The notes: generated by a model from the letters alone, not told the origin. DNA of 64,000 nt from Alphaproteobacteria bacterium (GCA_050175015.1 JBFXJJ010000011.1:24570-88569), one strand, 5' to 3'. Positions 10,479-21,334 are shown, counted from the first letter of the stretch. A program made the numbers and translations.

Positions 10479-11042
10479 CTAAGCTCCCGCCAATTTTTCA
10501 ACTTGAGCAATCACATTATCAACTTTTTCTGAAATGTTTTTAATCGTTGTCTTCAACTTATTATTATCATTCTCAGATAACTGAAGCTTTTGCTCTAACT
10601 GATTGTGCTGCTCTAAAGATGTGCGTTGAGATACCTCTTTGGCTTTTTCAAACTCTTCCTGTTTTTCAGCAATTTGGGCTTTTAATTTTTCATTTTCTTC
10701 TTGAAAAAACTTTAGCTGTTCACTCCAATTATCATTGTTTTGCGAGCTGTTTTCTTCAAAAGATCTAATTTTTTGTTCAAGTTCTGCAATTATATTAGAT
10801 TTTTCAGCTTCAATCTGACTGATTTTAAAATTAGTATGTTCTTCAATTGAGCGCTTATCTGCTTCAATTTGTACCAATTTTTCCGCCATATCTTTTTGAA
10901 TCAAATCACAAGCTTCGTCTATTTTACGTTTATGATTTTCTTCAAGCAAACTATTGCTTGCATCTAGTTTTATTAAAGCGTTATCTAAATTAGTCAAAGC
11001 TTGTGCCAAGTTAGGCATTTTATCAATCAAGTTGTCAGACAC
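10479..11042 (-). CDS. Coiled-coil protein upstream of zapA (ZauP/ZapB-like)
   Basis: E/Q/K-rich heptad composition; position immediately upstream of zapA. Confidence 0.6.
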   Translation of the reverse strand: MSDNLIDKMPNLAQALTNLDNALIKLDASNSLLEENHKRKIDEACDLIQKDMAEKLVQIEADKRSIEEHTNFKISQIEAEKSNIIAELEQKIRSFEENSSQNNDNWSEQLKFFQEENEKLKAQIAEKQEEFEKAKEVSQRTSLEQHNQLEQKLQLSENDNNKLKTTIKNISEKVDNVIAQVEKLAGA

Positions 11043-11149
11043 GTTTCAAAACCTATCATTTTTAAAATTAATCTTTTAAAAAATATGGACTGCGGATTGT
11101 AATCCGTCAACCATAAATCCTTAAAACTACCCGTTTAAGAGGCTCTTTT

Positions 11150-12196
11150 CTATAAAGCAATCGGAGCCCATAGAACATTTTCAATATCATCAGTCCCGCA
11201 AACCAGCATTGCTAAACGATCAACCCCGAGAGCAATTCCTGCACTTTCGGGCATACCATACTCTAATGCTTGCAAAAAATCTTCATCTGGATTGCAATAT
11301 TTTCCATATAGTCTCTTTTTCTCTTCCATATCTTTAAAAAATCGTGACCTTTGTTCTGCGGCATCTGTAAGCTCAGAAAAAGCATTCGCCAATTCCAAAC
11401 CGCAAATATAAAGCTCAAATCTTTCAGCAAATCTGCCATCGCTTGGCTTTTTGCGAGAAAGAGCTGCCATACACAAAGGATAATCATAAACTATTGTAGG
11501 AACGTCCATTCCCAAATTTGGTTCAATCTTTTCCATAAAAATTTTAAAGAAAATATCATCAAAATTATATCCTTCAGGAATATGAATACCTATTCTTTTA
11601 GCTTCACTTTCTATAATTTTAACATCAGGATTTAAACCATCACCTACTACTTTTTCCAAATCAATATCAGCATATTCCGCAAATAGACTCGCAACCGAGC
11701 ATCTCCTCCATTCTTGATTAGGATTGCAGACTTTATCTTTAAACTTAAGAATGCCATCGTCACAAAGAATAGCGCATTTTCTTACCAATTCCTCGCAATC
11801 ATTCATCAATGCCGTATAGTCGGCACCTTTTCTATACCATTCCAGCATAGAAAACTCAGGGCTATGATGGTCTGAGACTTCGGCATTTCTAAAAACTTTT
11901 GCAATTTGGAAAATGTTATCTAAACCCGCAACCAGAAGTTTTTTCATCGCGAATTCTGGAGAGGTATGAAGATATCTTTTTTTAGCAGCATCAAACTGCG
12001 ACTCCAATAAAACTTCAAAAAAGTTAGTATGAACTTCCATTCCAGGGCAAACTTGAAGCGCTGGAGTTTCTACTTCATAAAAATTTTTCTCTTTAAAAAA
12101 CGCTCTTATATTGTCAACAACTCCCGCTCTTTTCTTAAGAAACGGAAGCTTCTTAGCAAAATTTTCTTTACGCCACCACATCACTTGATGTTCCAC
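11150..12196 (-). CDS. epmA: EF-P lysine aminoacylase EpmA
   Basis: YLHTSPEFAMKKLL, HSPEFSMLEWY, ERFELYICGLELANAFSEL; no anticodon-binding domain; divergent from efp. Confidence 0.93.
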   Translation of the reverse strand: MEHQVMWWRKENFAKKLPFLKKRAGVVDNIRAFFKEKNFYEVETPALQVCPGMEVHTNFFEVLLESQFDAAKKRYLHTSPEFAMKKLLVAGLDNIFQIAKVFRNAEVSDHHSPEFSMLEWYRKGADYTALMNDCEELVRKCAILCDDGILKFKDKVCNPNQEWRRCSVASLFAEYADIDLEKVVGDGLNPDVKIIESEAKRIGIHIPEGYNFDDIFFKIFMEKIEPNLGMDVPTIVYDYPLCMAALSRKKPSDGRFAERFELYICGLELANAFSELTDAAEQRSRFFKDMEEKKRLYGKYCNPDEDFLQALEYGMPESAGIALGVDRLAMLVCGTDDIENVLWAPIAL

Positions 12197-12322
12197 GATA
12201 TTAACCTCAAAATAATTTTTTTATATTCAACATCTTGCTCTTATTAAAGCAAACTGATAATTTGCTCAACTATAGAACTTAACTATATACAAATTAAGAT
12301 ATTTTAACATTAAAGGTTTCAA

Positions 12323-12886
12323 ATGAAAGCACAAGCAAATCAAATTAGACCAGGTTGGGTTATTGATCACCAAGGAAAACAATGGTCTGTTCTTAAAATT
12401 AACATTCTTCAACCAGGAAAAGGCAGCGCCTTTATTCAAGTTGAAATGAGAGATGTTAACACTGGCAACAAAACAAATGAACGCTGGAGAACCGCAGATA
12501 CCGTTGAAAAACTTAATGTTGAAGAACAAGAAGCACAATATCTTTATGAAGAAAGCGATTTATTCTATTTTATGAATAAAGAAAATTTTGAACAATTTTC
12601 TATCCATAAAGACAGTGTCGGAGATTCTTCTGTCTTCTTAAAAGAGAGTATGGACGTTTCTGTTAACTTCATTGAAGGCAGACCTGTGGCTATAAAATTA
12701 CCACAAACTGTTATTCTTGAGGTTGTAGAAACCGAACCTGTAATCAAAGGACAAACCGCAACATCATCTTATAAACCTGGCAAACTTGATAATGGTGCAA
12801 GAGTTATGATTCCTCAGTTTGTTGGTGTTGGTGAAAAAATCGTAGTAAACACTGAAGACAGTTCTTATGTTGAACGTGCAAAATAA
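12323..12886 (+). CDS. efp: Elongation factor P
   Basis: QPGKGSAF (modifiable Lys), KGQTATSSYKP, YVERAK. Confidence 0.96.
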   Translation: MKAQANQIRPGWVIDHQGKQWSVLKINILQPGKGSAFIQVEMRDVNTGNKTNERWRTADTVEKLNVEEQEAQYLYEESDLFYFMNKENFEQFSIHKDSVGDSSVFLKESMDVSVNFIEGRPVAIKLPQTVILEVVETEPVIKGQTATSSYKPGKLDNGARVMIPQFVGVGEKIVVNTEDSSYVERAK

Positions 12887-12918
12887 CAAAAATAAAATAA
12901 AAATAAGGTTTTAGAATA

Positions 12919-13737
12919 ATGGCTTTTATAACTCCAAATTTAAACGTAATGATAAATGCTGTACGCAAGGCTTCTAAAGGCTTGCTTAGGGATTTTGGAG
13001 AAATTGAAAAACTACAAGTTTCGCTAAAGGGTACGAATGATTTCGTATCCACCGCAGATTTAAAATGTGAAAAAGCTTTAAAGGCGGAGTTATCAAAGGC
13101 TAGACCAAGTTATGGTTTTTTGATGGAAGAATCTAAAGAAGAAATTGGCTCAGAACCTGATATGAGATGGATTGTAGATCCTCTTGATGGCACCACTAAC
13201 TTTCTTCACGGTATTCCCCATTTTGCTATTTCTGTTGCTCTTGCGAAGGGAAATGAAATTATTGATGCCGTTATTTTCAATCCCGTTTTAGACGAACTTT
13301 ACTTTGCTGAAAAAGGCAATGGCGCATACTTAGCAAATGCCCGTAATGATGAGCGTTTAAGAGTTTCTTCAAGAAGAGACATTAAAAGCTCTCTCATTGC
13401 AACAGGTATTCCGTTCTTAGGACACGGCGATCACGAGTTTTTCTTAAAGCAATTAACCAAAGTTATGGGCAATACGGCTGGAGTTCGAAGATTTGGAGCG
13501 GCATCTTTAGATTTAGCGTGGGTTGCGGCTGGCAGATATGATGGTTTTTGGGAAATGGGCTTAAAATCTTGGGACGTTGCCGCAGGCTTACTTATTGTAA
13601 AAGAAGCTGGTGGTATGGTGACAGAGTCAACAGCGGCCGATATCCGTGGCGATCATACTCAAAAAATATTAGAAACGGGAAATATCTTAGCCTCTAACGG
13701 AGCTTTGCACGCAGCTTTGAACAAAATTTTGAATTAA
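12919..13737 (+). CDS. suhB: Inositol monophosphatase SuhB
   Basis: WIVDPLDGTTNFLHG, RRFGAASLDL, WDVAAG. Confidence 0.93.
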   Translation: MAFITPNLNVMINAVRKASKGLLRDFGEIEKLQVSLKGTNDFVSTADLKCEKALKAELSKARPSYGFLMEESKEEIGSEPDMRWIVDPLDGTTNFLHGIPHFAISVALAKGNEIIDAVIFNPVLDELYFAEKGNGAYLANARNDERLRVSSRRDIKSSLIATGIPFLGHGDHEFFLKQLTKVMGNTAGVRRFGAASLDLAWVAAGRYDGFWEMGLKSWDVAAGLLIVKEAGGMVTESTAADIRGDHTQKILETGNILASNGALHAALNKILN

Positions 13738-13828
13738 ACTAATTGCTAGTTTGCAAAATTCTGCTTTTTGTTTTAAAAGTAATGTAAAGTAATTATTTTT
13801 GTTATTTGATGATTCAGGAAAAATTATA

Positions 13829-15139
13829 ATGAAGCTTCCAATTTTTACTATTTTGGGTTCAGCGGTATTCATATTATCGCCAAACTCTTCTTATGCCTTT
13901 AACACTTATAGCAATCAATATAATCTCGAACCTGAAATTGAGGTTAACTTAGACGCTCTTAACGGTTCACAAGAACAGCCGCCTTCAGATGATGACGATA
14001 GAGTTTTACTTTTCCCTGATTACACTAAACAAGGAACAGCTAACAAGAAAATAAAATTAACTCCTCCTAAAGACACTAGCGAAGCTAGTAGCAGCAAAAA
14101 CAAAAATAAGAGTAAAATCAAACTAAAACCTATATCTAAGGTTAACCCTGTTCCCAAAAAACGCCCTGAAAATCTTTTAGAAGAAGAAGCCGAAAAAGCC
14201 GCGGATATTCTTAATGAAAAGCCAGTTGCAACAGAAGAAGAAGCAGTTAAAGATGAAAATACTCTTGTTGAAAAAGACATAAAAGCCCCATCTTACACTA
14301 GTTCTTCAGATGTTAATTCTATAGAGAAAGCACCAAAGATAGCAACGGATACAATTATCCCTGAAACTAATACCAGTTTAACACCAGAAGAAAAGAAACC
14401 TGATTTAATTGAAACCACAAAAGAACCTGTTTCAACTTTACCTCAGGCGCCAGAAGATGAGACCGATAGAAGTAAAGAATCCATTGCAAACCAATCAGCA
14501 AATCCAAATACAACGGCAACTCCCGCCTTTGACACTACTTCTTCTGACAAAGAAGCCACATCTAATGACAAAGACATTACCAATTCATCACCTAGTTCAG
14601 CAGAAAGCAAACCTGCAGTCATAACAGAAAGCAAAACGGATTCAGAAAAAGCTCCATCAGTTTTCTCATCACAAAATGATACTAATTCAGCATCAAATGA
14701 TGTCAAAAATACAGAAGATGCAAAAAACAATGTTTCAGATGCAACGATGACATCGTCTAATAGCGCCAATCAATTTGAAACTGTAAACGACAAAGAATAT
14801 GCTCCAGTTAAGAACTTAGAAGATGGTACTTATGAGGTCTCTTTAACATTTGATGAAGATGATGCCTCTATCTCTGAAAGTTTAGAGAACCAAATTAAAA
14901 CTTTGGCTCTTTCCGTTAGAGGTAAAGAAAATATATCCCTTCGTTTAATGTCTTATGCTAAGGGAGATGAGAATTCGATAAGCCGTTCTCGCCGCCTTTC
15001 TTTAACTCGTGCTTTAGCCGTTCGTTCCAAGCTTATGGATTACGGTATCCGCAGTACGCGTATTGAGGTAAGAGCTTTAGGAAATACTCCAGAAGGCAAC
15101 AACGAAGACCGTATGGATATCTATAAAATATACCGTTAA
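13829..15139 (+). CDS. Secreted protein with long low-complexity linker and C-terminal OmpA-like domain
   Basis: Signal peptide MKLPIFTILGSAVFILSPNSSYA; C-terminal LSLTRALAVRSKL...IEVRALG...RMDI. Confidence 0.75.
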   Translation: MKLPIFTILGSAVFILSPNSSYAFNTYSNQYNLEPEIEVNLDALNGSQEQPPSDDDDRVLLFPDYTKQGTANKKIKLTPPKDTSEASSSKNKNKSKIKLKPISKVNPVPKKRPENLLEEEAEKAADILNEKPVATEEEAVKDENTLVEKDIKAPSYTSSSDVNSIEKAPKIATDTIIPETNTSLTPEEKKPDLIETTKEPVSTLPQAPEDETDRSKESIANQSANPNTTATPAFDTTSSDKEATSNDKDITNSSPSSAESKPAVITESKTDSEKAPSVFSSQNDTNSASNDVKNTEDAKNNVSDATMTSSNSANQFETVNDKEYAPVKNLEDGTYEVSLTFDEDDASISESLENQIKTLALSVRGKENISLRLMSYAKGDENSISRSRRLSLTRALAVRSKLMDYGIRSTRIEVRALGNTPEGNNEDRMDIYKIYR

Positions 15140-15235
15140 AAATTTGTTATTGCCCCTTGCGTTAATTTATAAATTAGTATATACATTACCCTTTATTGAA
15201 CAATACTAGCACTTTGGTTCTGATGGAGCATAGTT

Positions 15236-15460
15236 ATGAAAACAAATATTCACCCAGATTACCATGAAATTACTGTTGTTATGACAGATGGTTCTGAATT
15301 TAAAACCCGCTCAACTTGGGGAAAAGCAGGAGATTCTCTTCGCCTTGACATTGACCCAAAATCTCACCCAGCTTGGACTGGCGTTCACAGATTGGTTGAC
15401 AGCGGAGGTCAGCTTGCTAAATTTAATAAGCGTTTTTCTGGCTTTGGAATTAAAGCCTAA
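15236..15460 (+). CDS. rpmE: 50S ribosomal protein L31
   Basis: MKTNIHPDY...[13 protein letters not shown]. Confidence 0.96.
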   Translation: MKTNIHPDYHEITVVMTDGSEFKTRSTWGKAGDSLRLDIDPKSHPAWTGVHRLVDSGGQLAKFNKRFSGFGIKA

Positions 15461-15502
15461 ACAAAAATTAAGTTATAAATTTTTGATTATAAACGACATT
15501 AA

Positions 15503-15533
15503 AATATCTGGAGTTCTTGCAGCTCCAGATATT
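15503..15533 (+). terminator. Hairpin downstream of rpmE
   Basis: AATATCTGGAG/CTCCAGATATT perfect 11-bp stem followed by T-rich sequence. Confidence 0.6.
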
Positions 15534-15579
15534 GTTGTATTATAATAATAACGTTATCAATTTCTGGAGTTAGATTGTC

Positions 15580-17712
15580 TTGGTATCAATAGTTCATTAC
15601 GAAGTATATTTATATCAACACGGACGCTGGCAGCTGCATGGCAGATATTCAAGCAATCAAAAAAAGCAAGCGATAGATGATGCAAGATATACCGAAGATG
15701 CCCTTTCTTGTCCATCTAAAGTGATTAGAGAATTATATGAAACCTCAAGCGGCGAGGTTGAAGAAGTTGTTATTTATATTAGTCCCAAAATACGCTCTCA
15801 ACAATACTCCAGAGGCCCACAATCGATGTCGTCATCGGGAGGAACTCTCTGGGATAGCATAAGACAAAGTAATCAAGATAGGTTGCTTGACAATAAAAAA
15901 TCTCCAGCAGTTGATGCCAGCATAAAATTTGTATCTGTTATAGGTATAAGTATTCTTTTAGCTGTATTTTTCGCCGTTGTTATCACTTTTCTAGTGAGTT
16001 ATTTATCTCATAAAGGCTCTATCGCACCAACTAACCCTGGTAAAATTTTTGTTACAGTATTTGTAGCCGTGTTTATTTTCAGTTCCGTACCGCTAGCATC
16101 AGCCTTTGTTCCTTGGCAAGCTTTTGGACAAGATGATGCCCCTTCTAAACAAAAAGAAAATCCCAATAGAACTTCGAAACTATCTTCCCTTCTCAATAAA
16201 AAAGAAGATGGTTTGAATCCTTTATCATCTCTTATTATGTGGCTTTTTAGGCTCGACAATAAAGTTGATGTCGAAAAACAAAACAACTCAAACAATCCTT
16301 CTAATTCTTCTATTAATGAGCCAGAAATAAACTTAGATTTTGGAAAGATACAAGAGCAAGAAAAAAAAGAAGAAAACAACTTTCAAGGAAACCCTATTTT
16401 AGCATCAGAAGCTAAATCCAAAGCGGAAGAAGCATTAAAAACGGCAGAAGCAACAAAAACTGACGGTAAAGAGTTATTCAAAAATGATAAAGAAGAAAAA
16501 GAAGTTAAATCCTCACCAAAACCTGAAAACAAACAGCAACCTAAAAATCCACCTCAAAAAGATAAAACTTTAAAAGAGGAGATTAAGGAAGCAATAAAGG
16601 AAGTTGCTCAAGAAACAGCCAAAACAAATAAAGCTGAACAACAAGAAAAACCTCCTGAACCACTAGATGAAGAACTTGAGAACTGCAGAACAATTATGAT
16701 GAAGTTTCTAGGTGGCGTGATTTCTGCTTACAAAACTAAATATAAGCAAATTGATGCTTATAATAAGTTTGGTTTAAATTTAGTTCTAGCTGGTGCGGTC
16801 GATAATCTAAGACAGCAAGATAAAATTTCTGATACAAATTATAATAAGCTCGTCTGTGAGACGATAGAGTTTCTGGGAACAAACCAAGCCTTAGCTCTAG
16901 CCTTCTGCAAAAAACTTGAAGAATATAGTTTGGAGCCTGCATATCTTACGATGCTTCACTCTGGTATGGATTCGATGGAGAAAATGCAGCAAAAAATGGC
17001 CGATCCTTTTAAAGTAATCCTTGATGCTCTTGAAAATTGGAATAAACCAGAGCAAACATCTCAAGATAAAAAGCCTTCAGGAATTATGACTATTATGTTT
17101 ACTGATATGGTCAATTCTACAGCTTCGACCCAAAACTTAGGTGATGAAGCCGCACAAGAACTTGTTAGAACCCACAATAGAATTGTCCGCAGCGTTCTAG
17201 GCGATTTTGAAGGTAAAGAAGTAAAACATACCGGCGATGGAATAATGGCCTCATTCACATCATCGTCCAACGCTCTTGAGGCCGCAGTTAGAATTCAAAA
17301 ATCTTTTGAAAAATATAATCTTGAGGCTCCAGAAGTTCCAATAAAAATTAGAATAGGAATAAACGCTGGCGAGCCTATCGTTGAAGAAGATGATTTGTTT
17401 GGAACAACCGTTCAAGTTGCGGCTAGGGTTTGCGATTTTGCTAATCCAGAACAGGTACTCGTAACCAACGTGGTTAAGGAGCTTAGTGCTGGTAAGATTA
17501 AACAATTTTATAATCTGGGACCAACTCCTCTCAAAGGAATAAAAGAACCTACGATCTTATATGAGGTTGTTTGGCAAGATGAAGATTTGATAGATGCCCA
17601 ACAAAATGACGTAGATAATCTTAGTGAAGAAATCAGCAGTATTTCTTCTGATGGAAACGTTGAAACACCTGCCGAATCAAAAGACAGCACAGATAACGAC
17701 GTTAAACCTTAA
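15580..17712 (+). CDS. Membrane-anchored class III adenylate/guanylate cyclase domain protein
   Basis: Two TM segments; IMFTDMVNST, VKHTGDGIMA, IRIGINAGE, DLFGTTVQVAARV. Confidence 0.85.
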   Translation: MVSIVHYEVYLYQHGRWQLHGRYSSNQKKQAIDDARYTEDALSCPSKVIRELYETSSGEVEEVVIYISPKIRSQQYSRGPQSMSSSGGTLWDSIRQSNQDRLLDNKKSPAVDASIKFVSVIGISILLAVFFAVVITFLVSYLSHKGSIAPTNPGKIFVTVFVAVFIFSSVPLASAFVPWQAFGQDDAPSKQKENPNRTSKLSSLLNKKEDGLNPLSSLIMWLFRLDNKVDVEKQNNSNNPSNSSINEPEINLDFGKIQEQEKKEENNFQGNPILASEAKSKAEEALKTAEATKTDGKELFKNDKEEKEVKSSPKPENKQQPKNPPQKDKTLKEEIKEAIKEVAQETAKTNKAEQQEKPPEPLDEELENCRTIMMKFLGGVISAYKTKYKQIDAYNKFGLNLVLAGAVDNLRQQDKISDTNYNKLVCETIEFLGTNQALALAFCKKLEEYSLEPAYLTMLHSGMDSMEKMQQKMADPFKVILDALENWNKPEQTSQDKKPSGIMTIMFTDMVNSTASTQNLGDEAAQELVRTHNRIVRSVLGDFEGKEVKHTGDGIMASFTSSSNALEAAVRIQKSFEKYNLEAPEVPIKIRIGINAGEPIVEEDDLFGTTVQVAARVCDFANPEQVLVTNVVKELSAGKIKQFYNLGPTPLKGIKEPTILYEVVWQDEDLIDAQQNDVDNLSEEISSISSDGNVETPAESKDSTDNDVKP

Positions 17713-17894
17713 ATTACGGACTATTTAGAGCAATATAAATAAATGTCGTCGGTTCTGTTTCTTATTTGACAGAGCAAATTAAAAAGATTGTTTAAAATGT
17801 ATTAAATATACAAGATGCAAGCCTAGTGCCTGCTAAAATAAACCCCAAAAGTACGAGATAAAAAGCTTTTATAAACGAGTCTCCTTTTATCGCA

Positions 17895-19862
17895 TCAGTC
17901 TTTTTTATTATCAGTAATGGCATTAAAATTTTCGGAGAAAACAGTCGGCTGTTTAAGCATTCTGCGATAAATTTCATAATTTTCTAAAACACGCTGCACA
18001 TAATTTCTTGTTTCAGAAAAAGGAATCAATTCAATCCAGTCAATAATATCGACATTATCCGTCCTTGGATCTTGATAATCTTTAAGCCATTTTTTGACAT
18101 TACTTGCACCAGCATTATATGCTGCAATAGCAAGTGCATAGTTATCAAATTGTTTAATACGCTTGTTAATATAATGATTGCCTAGACGAACATTATAATC
18201 CGTATTTGTTGTCAAATGACTTAAGTGAAATTTAAGCTTGAGTTCCTTAGCAATGCGCTTTGCTGTTGCTGGAATCAACTGCATAAGCCCCCTTGCTCCT
18301 GCCGGACTTTTAGCCTCAGGATTAAAATTGCTTTCTTGTCTGGATATAGCAAGGATTAAGGGTATATTGCTTTTTTCAACAAAATCGAAATTCGTTTTAG
18401 GATAAGCGTAATCAATAATTTCTAGGTTTTTGATATATCTTGCCCTGCGACCTATCGCAACAGCGATGTCAGGTCTACCAACATATTCATCAAGAACTTT
18501 TAAAAAAGCTCTAATAGCATCTTCTTGCTCTAGAGAATTAAAATAGGCAATGGAAAACAAACTTGCATCATAGTCTTCTCCTATTTCTGCCAGAGCTTTT
18601 ATTATTTTAATAACGTAGTGCGACTTTAAAGAAGACACTATGTTTTTACTAATACGAGATTTTTTTATATCTTGATTAATTAGCTTTGAGTTAATAGTTT
18701 TGGCAGCTAGTTGACCATAAAAAGTAGTTTGATACTGAGCTGCTTTTTCGTACCATTTTTTAGCGTCATCACTATGACCTAAAAGATTTTGAGCTTTTCC
18801 GCACCAAAATGCTGCTCGCGCAAGACTTACGGGGGATTTTACCGCATCATACATTTTAGCAAAATGAAAAAATGCCTGCTCATTATTATGTAAAAATTTC
18901 AAGGAAATAAATCCTGAAAGCCATTCGGCTAAAGCAAAGGATTCTCCAGCTTCTAAGATATGATTAGAGGCTAGATTATAAGCTTTGTTGTAGTCTTTCT
19001 TTTTTATGAATTCTCTAATAAGAATATTGCGTTCAAACCACCATTTTTCAGGATTTTCTAAATTAGCAGATTGGTGAATATGCATTTCGTAGGCATCTTT
19101 CAAACGATCTTTCTTGCGCCGCCAATAGGCTCGGTCAAAAATCAAACCAGGATCATCTGCTAATGATTGCGGAACTTTACTCACAGCGGCATCAACTTTA
19201 CGAGCTTTGTTTATTAGGGCGATTCTTGCTTCTGCTAATAATTTGTTATTAGGAGTTAATTTGTTTAATAAGTGCTTTGCTCTGCTGGTTTGCCTTTCCC
19301 ACAAAAGGTTTGATACTTTGTTTTTATGGTTTTCTTGAGATAAATAAGAGTGATATTGATTTAGAAATTCTTTTTCTAACTTATCATCAAAATTAATATC
19401 CTCCCATGCGCTTTTTATCAGCTTAAAAGCATCATCATCTTTGCCATCTTTTTGTAAAAGTTCGGCATAAATCATTTTTCCTTTGGTCGAAGATGCTGGA
19501 TAGTCATTAAACCATTGTCTAACCAATTCTTCGCTTGTGGTATCTCTGATTGCGCTTTCGGCATTTTCTTTTATCTGATAGAGCCTAGGAAAAAGCGGAT
19601 TTAAGTAAACAAATTCCGATAATTCTTTAAAATCGTTACTGCTTTTTAGAAGCCTTAACCATTCGAGATAAGGCACAAGAATATTATTTTTAACTGTTGC
19701 TGCCAATTTTCGAGATTCTTCAAAATGCATCTTTCTCGATTCTTTTATAGCCGCTTGATAAATTTTAACATCTTTTTCAGATAAAATCCTATCGCTAGCT
19801 TGAGCTGTAAAGCTAAAGAAAGTAACTAAAAGACAAAAAACTAAATATAATCTATAGACCAT
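17895..19862 (-). CDS. Soluble lytic transglycosylase (Slt70-like)
   Basis: Signal peptide; ISRQESNF, GARGLMQL, AAYNAG, ETRNYVQRV. Confidence 0.92.
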   Translation of the reverse strand: MVYRLYLVFCLLVTFFSFTAQASDRILSEKDVKIYQAAIKESRKMHFEESRKLAATVKNNILVPYLEWLRLLKSSNDFKELSEFVYLNPLFPRLYQIKENAESAIRDTTSEELVRQWFNDYPASSTKGKMIYAELLQKDGKDDDAFKLIKSAWEDINFDDKLEKEFLNQYHSYLSQENHKNKVSNLLWERQTSRAKHLLNKLTPNNKLLAEARIALINKARKVDAAVSKVPQSLADDPGLIFDRAYWRRKKDRLKDAYEMHIHQSANLENPEKWWFERNILIREFIKKKDYNKAYNLASNHILEAGESFALAEWLSGFISLKFLHNNEQAFFHFAKMYDAVKSPVSLARAAFWCGKAQNLLGHSDDAKKWYEKAAQYQTTFYGQLAAKTINSKLINQDIKKSRISKNIVSSLKSHYVIKIIKALAEIGEDYDASLFSIAYFNSLEQEDAIRAFLKVLDEYVGRPDIAVAIGRRARYIKNLEIIDYAYPKTNFDFVEKSNIPLILAISRQESNFNPEAKSPAGARGLMQLIPATAKRIAKELKLKFHLSHLTTNTDYNVRLGNHYINKRIKQFDNYALAIAAYNAGASNVKKWLKDYQDPRTDNVDIIDWIELIPFSETRNYVQRVLENYEIYRRMLKQPTVFSENFNAITDNKKD

Positions 19863-19977
19863 AATCTCAAATGTTTTTATTAAATTGATTGATTTTCTGT
19901 ATAATGCTAATTTAAATAGCAAAAGTCAGTATATTTTTTTATTTTTTGACTTAAAAATAAAATATAAAAGGAAAAAA

Positions 19978-20856
19978 ATGTTTAAGGGTGCGATAACAGC
20001 TTTAATAACGCCATTTAAAGACGATGCAACTATAGATTTTGATGCTCTAGCAAAAATAATAGAATGGCAGATAGCAGAAGGCATCGAAGGTCTTGTTCCT
20101 TGTGGAACAACTGGCGAAAGCCCAACTTTGTCTTCAGAAGAACAAATTGCTGTTATTAAAACTTGCGTAGAAGTTACAAGAAAAAGAGTTCCAGTTATAG
20201 CAGGAACAGGTTTCAACTCTACGAAAAAGACAATAGAAATGACCGCAATGGCTAAAGACGCAGGGGTCGATGCTTGTTTGGTTGTTTGCCCTTACTATAA
20301 CAAACCATCGCAGGATAATCTTTATCATCATTTTTCAGATGTTGCCAAAACCAATATTCCAATAATTATTTACAATATTCCTAGCCGCACAGGGGTTGAC
20401 CTAATGCCAGAAACAGTCACCAAGCTAGCAAAAAATATAACAAATATTATAGGAATCAAGGACGCTACTGCCAACCTAGAACGTCCACTGAAAACAAGGA
20501 TTTTAGCAGGAAGTGATTTCTGCCAACTTTCAGGAGAAGATGCAACAGCCGCTGCTTTTTTAGCACAGGGTGGACACGGCTGCATCTCAGTAACCGCTAA
20601 CGTTGCACCTAAAATGTGTTCTGATATGCAAAAGTTTTGGCAACAAGGAAAATTTTTGGAGTGTTTTAATCTTAGAGATAAATTAATGCCTCTGCACGAG
20701 GCTATGTTTGTTGAAAGTAATCCTGGACCTGTAAAATATGCCGCAAGCCTTTTAGGCATTTGTTCTGGGATTAGCCGAGCCCCGCTTTATGGAATATCGG
20801 AGGCTTCAAAAGCTAAAATCGCCCAAATTATGAAGAATATAGGGATATTATCTTAA
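19978..20856 (+). CDS. dapA: 4-hydroxy-tetrahydrodipicolinate synthase
   Basis: GTTGESPTL, YYNKP, YNIPSRT, GIKDAT. Confidence 0.95.
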   Translation: MFKGAITALITPFKDDATIDFDALAKIIEWQIAEGIEGLVPCGTTGESPTLSSEEQIAVIKTCVEVTRKRVPVIAGTGFNSTKKTIEMTAMAKDAGVDACLVVCPYYNKPSQDNLYHHFSDVAKTNIPIIIYNIPSRTGVDLMPETVTKLAKNITNIIGIKDATANLERPLKTRILAGSDFCQLSGEDATAAAFLAQGGHGCISVTANVAPKMCSDMQKFWQQGKFLECFNLRDKLMPLHEAMFVESNPGPVKYAASLLGICSGISRAPLYGISEASKAKIAQIMKNIGILS

Positions 20857-20857
20857 A

Positions 20858-21334
20858 ATGAATACGAAAACTTTTATCTCTAAAGGTATTGTCGCAAGAA
20901 ACCGTAAAGCTAGATTTAATTATGCAATTAATGAAAAGCTTGAAGCAGGAATTATGCTTACGGGATCAGAAGTTAAGTCTTTGAGAATGGGATTAGTTAA
21001 TATTGAAGATGCATATGCTTCTCAAGAAGAAGGTGAACTATACCTAATTAACTGTCATATTGGCGAATATAGCCATAGTGATGGCTATTCTCTTCATGAA
21101 ACCAACCGTAAACGCAAACTTTTGCTGCGCAGTAAACAACTTAATACTTTTGTTGAAGCAGTTAGTCGTAAAGGTGCAACCATTGTTCCTCTAGCTATAT
21201 ACTTTAACGACAGAGGCATTGCTAAAGTTGAGCTTGGGCTCGGAGTTGGAAAGAAACTTTATGATAAACGTGAAACGGTTAAAAATAGAGACTGGGATAG
21301 GCAAAAGGCAAGAATTATGAGGGAAAAGGGCTGA
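20858..21334 (+). CDS. smpB: SsrA-binding protein
   Basis: NRKARFNY, GSEVKSLR, GKKLYDKRE. Confidence 0.96.
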   Translation: MNTKTFISKGIVARNRKARFNYAINEKLEAGIMLTGSEVKSLRMGLVNIEDAYASQEEGELYLINCHIGEYSHSDGYSLHETNRKRKLLLRSKQLNTFVEAVSRKGATIVPLAIYFNDRGIAKVELGLGVGKKLYDKRETVKNRDWDRQKARIMREKG

